64,000 nt of DNA, taken from the NCBI GenBank assembly GCA_018897195.1, contig JAHILH010000004.1, positions 19,182 to 83,181 on the forward strand, read 5' to 3'. The translations under genes and the position numbers were made by a program. This DNA is from Patescibacteria group bacterium. Lineage in GTDB: Bacteria; Patescibacteriota; Patescibacteriia; Patescibacteriales; UBA12075. Shown here piece after piece: positions 44,807-52,787 of this stretch; within the stretch, counting starts at the first letter, position 1; each line of letters begins with the position of its first letter. The notes under the pieces were generated by a model. The model was given only the letters and a program-made list of their open reading frames with translations, did not search any database and was not told the DNA's origin.

Positions 44807-46609
44807 TTATTTATAAAAACTAAAAATGAGTTTTCTAAGATTAATTTCAAATTTTTTAGCGCAAGCATCGCCACAAGGTTTATCACACCAGGAAATGAGT
44901 GGATTTTTCACCGGTCTTTCTATCATAAACCGATAACACCCTTTAGCGCTAGCGAAATAATCCCTTGCCTCATTTATTTTTTGAGCTTTTATCAAAAAGC
45001 CTAATTTTTTGTAAAATTCAGAATTATCGGGATAAAAAGCGCCTAACAATTTCAACACTATTTTTAGTTTATCATATTTACCCAGAATAAAAAACAAAGA
45101 TGCTAACAGCTCATATAGATTAATCGAACGACCATAAAGACCGTTCGTCTTAATGTAAATATCACTGGGCCTAGACTTGATGTGGCTTTCAATTTCAGCC
45201 ATGAAGCGAGCTACCTCCACCTCAACAGATAACCATTTATTTGAAACGCGAAAATCATAAAACTCCTTGGGCCAATATTTTTCTATGGGCAAAATTACCC
45301 TATCAATGTTAAAGCCTTTCTCATATTCGGTATTTATCTCATCTGAGATACCTGGTATAACAATCCGCACGGCTGGAAATTTCAGAATAGGGTGAGTTTG
45401 ATCAATCACTATTAATTCCGTGTTCATTGATCGACAAATTAATTTTATTTGATCGACGTTTTTGGCAAAATCAAAATCAGACTCTTCACTCCAAATATCC
45501 TTCATATTAATTAAAGGCCCTTTTTCCAAGAAACCTAAATCTCCGGTGTAAATATTTTTTTTCGATAAATCTCTATAAGTATCCTCTGGTTCATAATCAA
45601 CTCCACCTTTTTTAAACCACTCTTTCCAAATAATATCTTGCTTGGAAAATTCTTTTAATTCATCAACGCCATCCACGCCCTGAATGTACGATGTAAAACA
45701 TCTCATAAGTGCCTCCCTATAATCAAATGCCACTTCAACGAACCAACGATAACCATTCTCTCTTTTACTAATAGGGTTCCTCTTATGGCTCAAGTTATCA
45801 TTAATAAACAAAACACCTAAACAAGGAAATTGTCCCTTGAAAGAGCAATCTTTTATAATCACTCTTATTTTGTTTTTGTAGAAAAATTTAATCAATCTCA
45901 GTATATAAAGATCATTAATAGATCCGACATTAATAGATGGTAAATTCTTTTTTTCTTTTACCGTTTTGTGCAAAATATATCTTTCAAAAATTTCATTTGC
46001 TCCATGCACAATGGCTTCCTCAATTGTATTGCCGGAAGCCAATCCATTTGTTCCCGAAATTCGGTGCACCAATCTCAGGGGCACTTTTATTTTTTTATTT
46101 CTCGTTACAGAATAACCATCAACCCAATGTTGTGACACTTCACTATCCTTGATTAAGCTTATTTCTTTTTCTGTTAATTTCTGTTTCTGGAAGATACTTT
46201 CTATAGCAAGAATCTCCCCCTCAGCCATCAGGGCCTGCTCTGTGTTTACATAACCTTTTAAATGAGAAAAATAATAAAACTTAAAATAATCAGCACTTTT
46301 AAGCTGCTCATGATTATCCTGGCTTAGGATGGGGAAAAAATTAAAAAACCCGCAAGAAATTCGTTCGGCAAGTTCAGCATAAGCACTAGCCTTGGCCAGT
46401 TCACTAGTAATACCCTTTCCGTTCACGGCATAATTCAAGGCTGGCACAACAAGGGCGCCTGAATACAGATTATCCTCATAAAACGTCATGGGGGTATATA
46501 GCACGTCTAGCCCTATTTTTTTTAAGCCTTCTTCTATTTTTTTAATTGTGGTTAAGGGATTTTCAGACTTAAAAGTAGTTCCATCCTTAAGACACTTTTT
46601 AATTTTCAT
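44807..46609 (-). CDS. YcaO-domain protein with C-terminal helical extension
   Basis: 600 aa. NGKGITSELAKASAYAELAERIS and SGTNGLASGNTIEEAIVHGANEIFERY match the conserved YcaO ATP/Mg-binding blocks. Confidence 0.75.
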   Translation of the reverse strand: MKIKKCLKDGTTFKSENPLTTIKKIEEGLKKIGLDVLYTPMTFYEDNLYSGALVVPALNYAVNGKGITSELAKASAYAELAERISCGFFNFFPILSQDNHEQLKSADYFKFYYFSHLKGYVNTEQALMAEGEILAIESIFQKQKLTEKEISLIKDSEVSQHWVDGYSVTRNKKIKVPLRLVHRISGTNGLASGNTIEEAIVHGANEIFERYILHKTVKEKKNLPSINVGSINDLYILRLIKFFYKNKIRVIIKDCSFKGQFPCLGVLFINDNLSHKRNPISKRENGYRWFVEVAFDYREALMRCFTSYIQGVDGVDELKEFSKQDIIWKEWFKKGGVDYEPEDTYRDLSKKNIYTGDLGFLEKGPLINMKDIWSEESDFDFAKNVDQIKLICRSMNTELIVIDQTHPILKFPAVRIVIPGISDEINTEYEKGFNIDRVILPIEKYWPKEFYDFRVSNKWLSVEVEVARFMAEIESHIKSRPSDIYIKTNGLYGRSINLYELLASLFFILGKYDKLKIVLKLLGAFYPDNSEFYKKLGFLIKAQKINEARDYFASAKGCYRFMIERPVKNPLISWCDKPCGDACAKKFEINLRKLIFSFYK

Positions 46610-46621
46610 TCCATTTAAATA

Positions 46622-47998
46622 TTATAGCTTTTTTAAATATAGATAATATATACCTTCTACTCCCTGATCTTTATTAAAAATAATTTTTTCTATCAAAAAC
46701 TTATTAGAATCAAAAAGATTAATAACTTGCTCCTTGGTATACCCATAAACTGGCAACATGTCTACATAAAAAAGCGGCTTCATGTCGCGATTATTATCAT
46801 TCTTAAAAATCCGAATAAACATATATCCACCCTTCTTCAACGATGTATAATAATTTTCTATAATTTTTTTATGTTTACCCGGGTGAGTAGAGTGCAAGCA
46901 CCCAGCATCACAAATAACATCAAAAAAATCTCTCTTATACAAAATCGACACGTCGTGCACGCTAAATTCCCCAACGGGATTATTCTCCTTGCTATACTTA
47001 ATTGCTTGCGGTGATATATCAATACCATGAACAACTAAATCATTAGCAATAAAATATTTAGAATTTTTTCCATGTCCACATCCGGAATCTAATATCTTGG
47101 CTCCTTTTTTAAAAAAATTATAATATTTTACAAAATCAACAACATGATTGTCTGCATTCACCGCCCCCCATGCCGCATTATCGGAATGTTTTTTGTAATA
47201 TTCATTCCACAAAATATCCTCATTAATATAAAAGGGTAATTCGGGCGAATACACGAGCCGATCCGCGCTTAATTCTTCTATATTTTTATTAACTTCTTCA
47301 TTTTTATAAAATATTGAATTTCCCTTAAAAATTAATTTTGTCTCTCCGTCGGCAAGACTGGCGCGAAAAACATATTTTGTACATTCAAAATTACATCCTG
47401 ACAGAGGAAGACAATCAGTTTGAAGTGGGTCTGCACAATAGGCTGTTATGCATTTTCTCGAAGTGGAGACATACACAAAAGGATAATGAAGTGATATTTT
47501 TATTTTTTTATGCAATTTAAACTTATATCCCTGAACAACATTATCCAGCTCAACTCTAAAAATATCATTTTTAATTAAAAAATTTTGAAAGTCCTTACTT
47601 TCTAAATTACATGTTTTAAAATAATCTAAGTTTTTTAGGTCCGTCGTTTTAATTCGCACATCTCTTTTTATTGAAATCATCAATCGCCCTAAAATCGGCA
47701 CCAAATTATATTTTTTAATAAGCTCAAGCACCCCCCAATCACTAAAAACAACTTCCGTTCTTACGGGCAAGAGCGGTAATATTTCGCGCAACTTTTCAAT
47801 GCCATGGTCAGTACAATATGGTGTTAACAAAGTGAGTGTTAGACCATTCTTATGCACATATTTTAACAATGCTAAAACCTCCCCCTTGTCAGGAATAAGA
47901 TTTTCACAAAACTCATTTCCAAAATAAAGATTTTGCACCTTGGACAAATCTGTTCTTTTTGCAATATTAAAATCTCTAATATAAATAGCATTTTTCAT
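46622..47998 (-). CDS. UbiV-like U32-family domain fused to a class I SAM-dependent methyltransferase
   Basis: 458 aa. The N-terminal half parallels E. coli UbiV (LYFGNEFCENLIP; LTLLTP; VVFSDWGVLELI; YPFVYVSTSRKCITAYC...C...C..C). The C-terminal half has motif I ILDSGCGHGKN and post-I/II motifs. Confidence 0.6.
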   Translation of the reverse strand: MKNAIYIRDFNIAKRTDLSKVQNLYFGNEFCENLIPDKGEVLALLKYVHKNGLTLTLLTPYCTDHGIEKLREILPLLPVRTEVVFSDWGVLELIKKYNLVPILGRLMISIKRDVRIKTTDLKNLDYFKTCNLESKDFQNFLIKNDIFRVELDNVVQGYKFKLHKKIKISLHYPFVYVSTSRKCITAYCADPLQTDCLPLSGCNFECTKYVFRASLADGETKLIFKGNSIFYKNEEVNKNIEELSADRLVYSPELPFYINEDILWNEYYKKHSDNAAWGAVNADNHVVDFVKYYNFFKKGAKILDSGCGHGKNSKYFIANDLVVHGIDISPQAIKYSKENNPVGEFSVHDVSILYKRDFFDVICDAGCLHSTHPGKHKKIIENYYTSLKKGGYMFIRIFKNDNNRDMKPLFYVDMLPVYGYTKEQVINLFDSNKFLIEKIIFNKDQGVEGIYYLYLKKL

Positions 47999-48004
47999 AT
48001 TTTC

Positions 48005-48958
48005 TCAACCCTTAAATAGGCACCTACGACCACAATGACCTCCAAAAATCTCCTTGTAAAAAATCCTCACCAAATCTTCATATTTATCTTTGGGCAGATG
48101 CACATATGAAAGGGCTTTTTTTATAAAAAACACATAGCGCAACCTCTGCTTAAACGGAGTTTCTCTGTCAATTATTTTAACAGTTCTTATATTCATGCGA
48201 GATAACTCCCATAGGGCACATGCACCGCAATTATTAAACATTATTTTATTATAATTATTCAACCTTGTCGCTATCTCACTTTCACTTGCACAAGAGGAAT
48301 CTAAATCTGGTATCTCAGTGCCACTAACGACAAAATTATACATGGAGCTGCAGGCATTTTTAGATTTATCACAATCAAAAACACCATGCGTAAACCTACA
48401 CAACCCGTCCACATTCGCACAATCGCCACCAAAGATAAAACACTCGAAATCGAGATCGCTACGCTCATCAGTCATTTTTTTAATTTCACTTATACTGAAA
48501 TGCCTAGGAATAACAATTTTTTGTAAACCAATTTTTTTAAAGAAATTTATCGCATTTGCGTTTTGAACATGTGCTCCAGTACTGGCAACGATGTCTACAT
48601 CAGAAAATTCTTTTTTAAGTGCGAGCATTAATCCTAAATCAGCAACAATATAGCCATCAATTATTCCCTGATTAGCTCTAATAAAATCGATAATTTTCGC
48701 TATCTGCTCATCTGTATAAAAATGTTCATTAATAGCCAACGAAATTTTCTTGCCATGCTCATGCACCAAAAAACAAGCTTTTTTAAAATCTTCCAGTAGA
48801 TTAAAATTTGCTGCTTTCCAGGGCCGTCTATTAAGCAACCCGGAAGATGGACCAAAAATAATTTCACTATCGAGACCGGCATAAAACATATCCGCTCCTA
48901 TTTTTATCAGACTACTGACTTCGTTTAAACCTGCCAACGGGCAATTGATTTGCATCAT
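48005..48958 (-). CDS. peptidase-U32-family protein (UbiU/RlhA/TrhP-like Fe-S enzyme)
   Basis: 317 aa. GADMFYAGL...R......NF..EDF..A....H..GKKISLAIN and a near-match to the U32 signature: EcFifGGDCanvdGlCrFT. Confidence 0.7.
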   Translation of the reverse strand: MMQINCPLAGLNEVSSLIKIGADMFYAGLDSEIIFGPSSGLLNRRPWKAANFNLLEDFKKACFLVHEHGKKISLAINEHFYTDEQIAKIIDFIRANQGIIDGYIVADLGLMLALKKEFSDVDIVASTGAHVQNANAINFFKKIGLQKIVIPRHFSISEIKKMTDERSDLDFECFIFGGDCANVDGLCRFTHGVFDCDKSKNACSSMYNFVVSGTEIPDLDSSCASESEIATRLNNYNKIMFNNCGACALWELSRMNIRTVKIIDRETPFKQRLRYVFFIKKALSYVHLPKDKYEDLVRIFYKEIFGGHCGRRCLFKG

Positions 48959-49044
48959 TTTACCAATAGTAAATAATTTAAATTATTTAATAATTTTATT
49001 ACATTTTTTATTATTAATGATAAAAAATGAAGTTAAGTATTGTT

Positions 49045-49899
49045 TTAAATTATTTGCTCACTTTTAAAATTTTTCCTAGAAAAAAACAATATCAAATTAA
49101 TTACCACCACTGGAATCATTGCAAAAAAACCAACTAGCATAAGATTATACATTTTTAATGTTGCTGCATCAGAAAGAAATGATAAACATAATATTCCATA
49201 ATACAGAACGGGAATTAACATAACAGAATCGCTTATTTTATAAATTGAGCGTGGAATAAAATATTCAAACACTCTAAAAATGCCGGTTGTAATTATTGCC
49301 ACAGTAAACCAGCCAATAAAATTAACGAATGGGACACCAAAATACTGTCCCTTACTCAACCATGTCCAGACACCAAATTTTACCAATATAGGCTCCATAA
49401 AAATATCTATTGCGGTTACAAGCAAACCGTCAAAAATTATTAATAATGGCAAGATTATAAAATCATTTTTATCTTTGGTCGGCCTACTTTTTCCTATCCA
49501 ATTTAAAAATGAGTTTGAAATTGAATACCCAATGTAAATGAAAACAGCCCAATAGAGTGGGACGAATAATGGAACATTAAATAATATAAAAGAAAAGTTT
49601 TGACCCTGATAAACATAGTCAGCACCAAAAAATGTGCCATAATTTATTCCAATTACTTCAAAAACGAAACTCGTTAATGCTGCCAATAAAATCAAAAAAA
49701 ATCCCCTAGAATAAGTCAACGTCCAGCTACTGTGAAAAAATAAAAGAATAATCGGAAGATATATTTTAAGTATTTCAAAAAAATAAATAGAACTTCCGCC
49801 TAATACTTTATTTATAATATCAACTATGTGCAGTCCTGTTATTATAATAAAGAACAACCACAATATATTAGTTTTGTTTATAAAATCAATCTTATTCAT
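49045..49899 (-). CDS. polytopic membrane protein, carotenoid-biosynthesis-protein (CruF/DUF422)-like
   Basis: 284 aa, ~8 TM. GINYGTFFGADYVY...NVPLFVPLYW and FGVWTW....YFGVPFVNFIGWF resemble the DUF422 blocks as I remember them (unverified). Confidence 0.45.
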   Translation of the reverse strand: MNKIDFINKTNILWLFFIIITGLHIVDIINKVLGGSSIYFFEILKIYLPIILLFFHSSWTLTYSRGFFLILLAALTSFVFEVIGINYGTFFGADYVYQGQNFSFILFNVPLFVPLYWAVFIYIGYSISNSFLNWIGKSRPTKDKNDFIILPLLIIFDGLLVTAIDIFMEPILVKFGVWTWLSKGQYFGVPFVNFIGWFTVAIITTGIFRVFEYFIPRSIYKISDSVMLIPVLYYGILCLSFLSDAATLKMYNLMLVGFFAMIPVVVINLILFFSRKNFKSEQII

Positions 49900-50495
49900 A
49901 GTTTTATTATTTTATTGATAAATTTTAAATCCACGTAATGGTCTTTATTATACTAAGAATTACTATTTTTTACCAGAACTAGTTTCAGTGTCACACAATA
50001 TGAGCCTAATGCTCTCACAAAATTCACATCCAAGACAAACCTTAAGGTTAAAAAATTGCCAACTCGGCAAAATTGACTTAATACTATAAGATGAGGTGAA
50101 ATAATTATTTACATCAAAAATTATAACTAACAATTCAACGGAAATTGAAAACTTTTCGGCGAGAAAAAGCTATTATCGACCGTGGCGAAGCTATGGGGAC
50201 GATGTTAATAACGGGAGTTGTTTTTATAATTTGAAAAAAAACAGCTAACACTAAAAGTTATGTCAAATATACCAAAATATATGAGAAAAAAAGTTTAAAG
50301 ATGCTTAAAATTATACACTTTAATACTAATTAATCACAACTATCATAATTCGCCTTTCGGGCTTATTTTTGAATAAAAAAAACTGAATAGATGCTATTCT
50401 ATCATATCCACTAATGCATATTGTTCAGTATTTAGACAAAAAGTTATATCTATAGTAAAATATTAAAATCACATACTATTAATCTACATTATCCT

Positions 50496-51179
50496 ATGAA
50501 TAATACTTACATCATCTCACTCGGAGGCTCACTAATTGTACCTGGTTGTGGCATCGATTATACTTTTTTGAAAAAATTCAAAAACCTCATCAATGCCGAA
50601 ATTAAAAAAGGAAAAAAGTTTTATTTAATTGCTGGCGGTGGTCATACGGCTCGACAATATATTGAATCAGCAAATAAAATAACCAAAATCTCTGACGAAG
50701 ACAAGGATTGGCTTGGCATACACTCCACTCGGCTTAACGCTCACTTAATCAGGACTGTCTTTTGGGATACCGCTCATCCGGAAATTATCAAAAATCCAAC
50801 CATCCACCTTCATTCAACAAAAAATATAATCGTCGGTGGTGGCTGGAAACCAGGTTGGTCCACAGATTATGTCGCTACCATGATTGCCCAGGAATATGAA
50901 GTTGGCACCATTATTAATCTTTCTAATATTGAATATGCCTACGATAAGGACCCGAAAAAATTCAAAGACGCAGTAAAAATAGAAACTAGTAACTGGCCCG
51001 ATTTCCGTAAAATTGTTGGCGACAAATGGATTCCTGGCCTTAATATGCCTTTCGACCCCATCGCCTCCAAGAAGGCGCAACAACTTAATTTGAAGGTCAT
51101 TATTGCCGATGGGAAAAATTTAAACAATTTAAAAAGTATTTTAAATAATAAGAAATACAAAGGCACAACTATTGCCTAA
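50496..51179 (+). CDS. pyrH: UMP kinase, archaeal type (amino-acid-kinase fold)
   Basis: 227 aa. ISLGGSLIVP, AGGGHTARQYI, GGGWKPGWSTD and C-terminal ..GTTIA closely parallel archaeal PyrH. Confidence 0.7.
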   Translation: MNNTYIISLGGSLIVPGCGIDYTFLKKFKNLINAEIKKGKKFYLIAGGGHTARQYIESANKITKISDEDKDWLGIHSTRLNAHLIRTVFWDTAHPEIIKNPTIHLHSTKNIIVGGGWKPGWSTDYVATMIAQEYEVGTIINLSNIEYAYDKDPKKFKDAVKIETSNWPDFRKIVGDKWIPGLNMPFDPIASKKAQQLNLKVIIADGKNLNNLKSILNNKKYKGTTIA

Positions 51180-51189
51180 ATTTAAATTT

Positions 51190-52716
51190 ATGTCTTCAAA
51201 CATTTTATCCGCGGCCGTTATTGGTCTTGATGCGGAAATTGTTGAGGTTGAAGCGGATAAAGGTGGGGGTGAATTAGGCTCATTTACAGTCGTTGGCCTG
51301 CCAGATGCATCAGTATCAGAATCACGCGAACGTGTCCGCAGTGCTATCAAAAATTCCGGCTTTCATTTTCAAAAAGCGAAGATGACTGTCAATCTGGCGC
51401 CGGCTGATCTCAAAAAGCACGGTCCGAGCTATGACTTGCCGATTGCCATCAGTGTTTTGATTTCTCATGACAGCATTGAAACGCCCGTTGATATTGATAA
51501 GATGCTTTTTATCGGTGAACTCGCTCTTAGTGGTGACCTTAGACCGGTTAACGGCGTTCTCTCCATCGCCTTGAAGGCACAAAAGATTGGCCTTAAAACG
51601 ATTTTTTTACCAGAACAAAACGCTCGCGAAGCAAAGTTGGTTAAAGATATTGAAGTTATTCCCGTTAAAAATCTCAAAGAACTTATTCGCCATTTATCAG
51701 GTAAAGCCAAAATTACACCCGCCCCCGAAACAAGCATCAATTTTTCAAATAACAAAATCATGCATGACATGTCACACATTCGCGGTCAAGAACATGTCAA
51801 AAGAGCGATGGAAATCGCAGCCGCCGGCGCCCATAATATGGCGATGAGTGGCCCACCCGGATCGGGTAAGACTCTAATCGCGCGCACGATGCCTTCTATT
51901 CTTCCCGATCTCACCATGAGCGAAGCTTTAGAAGTAACTAAAATTTATTCCGTCGCGGGCATGCTTTCCGCCAACGATTCATTGGTTACCAGTCGCCCCT
52001 TTCGCTCGCCCCATCATACTGCCTCAGCAGTCGCCCTTGTCGGTGGTGGTGCTTGGCCGCGACCAGGTGAAATTTCCCTCTCGCATCGCGGTGTCCTTTT
52101 TCTTGATGAATTCCCTGAGTTTACTCGCCAATCACTAGAAAATCTACGACAACCTCTTGAGGATGGTATTATCCATATCAGTCGCGCAGCTGGCAATCTT
52201 CAATTTCCGGCAAAATTCATTCTTATCTCCGCGATGAATCCTTGCCCCTGTGGTTTCTCTTCTGACCCGGAAAAAAATTGCTCTTGCTCACCAATGCAAA
52301 TTAGTAATTACAAAAAGAAAATCTCCGGACCGATTATCGACCGTATCGATTTGCACATCGAAGTGCCCAGGGTTGCCTTTGAAAAACTAGCTGGTGAAGC
52401 TAACGGCGAAACGTCGGCTGATATTAAAAGACGCATTGAAAAAGCGCGTGTTATTCAAAAGAAACGTTTTGAAGGTACACATTATATTACCAATTCCGAA
52501 ATGAGCAGTGAAGCCGTCAAAAAATTCTGCCCCCTTGACGACACCTCTACCCATCTCATGAAAAATGCCGTTGACCGCATGCATCTTTCTGCCCGTGCTT
52601 ATTTCCGCATTCTCAAATTGGCGCGCACCATTGCCGACTTAGCTGAGATCGAAACAATCTCCTCTACCCATATTGCTGAAGCCTTACAATATCGACCAAA
52701 GATTGATGAAAATTAA
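51190..52716 (+). CDS. comM: YifB/ComM-family Mg-chelatase-like AAA+ ATPase
   Basis: Lon-like N-terminal domain (LPDASVSESRERVRSAI), Walker A GPPGSGKT, Walker B LFLDEFPEF, C-terminal ChlI-like region. Confidence 0.85.
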   Translation: MSSNILSAAVIGLDAEIVEVEADKGGGELGSFTVVGLPDASVSESRERVRSAIKNSGFHFQKAKMTVNLAPADLKKHGPSYDLPIAISVLISHDSIETPVDIDKMLFIGELALSGDLRPVNGVLSIALKAQKIGLKTIFLPEQNAREAKLVKDIEVIPVKNLKELIRHLSGKAKITPAPETSINFSNNKIMHDMSHIRGQEHVKRAMEIAAAGAHNMAMSGPPGSGKTLIARTMPSILPDLTMSEALEVTKIYSVAGMLSANDSLVTSRPFRSPHHTASAVALVGGGAWPRPGEISLSHRGVLFLDEFPEFTRQSLENLRQPLEDGIIHISRAAGNLQFPAKFILISAMNPCPCGFSSDPEKNCSCSPMQISNYKKKISGPIIDRIDLHIEVPRVAFEKLAGEANGETSADIKRRIEKARVIQKKRFEGTHYITNSEMSSEAVKKFCPLDDTSTHLMKNAVDRMHLSARAYFRILKLARTIADLAEIETISSTHIAEALQYRPKIDEN

Positions 52717-52720
52717 CAAA

Positions 52721-52750
52721 AATCCCCATTGCGAAGTGGGGATTTTTTAT
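52721..52750 (+). terminator. rho-independent terminator
   Basis: Stem aatcccca / tggggatt followed by a T-run. Confidence 0.65.
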
Positions 52751-52787
52751 TTTGAAAATAAAATAAACTGTGTTATAATATTCACAT

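Noticed and set aside
43276-49899. Interpreting the UbiA/U32/methyltransferase genes as a bona fide O2-independent ubiquinone pathway
   Set aside because: No UbiD/UbiX decarboxylase, UbiE, chorismate lyase or polyprenyl diphosphate synthase is present in the window. The genes are interleaved with YcaO and Hxs genes. It is kept only as an alternative to test genome-wide.
27900-50500. Prophage, ICE or transposon origin of the AT-rich block
   Set aside because: No integrase, transposase, terminase, capsid or conjugation genes were seen, nor flanking direct repeats. The compositional shift alone is insufficient, so it is reported only as a possible island.
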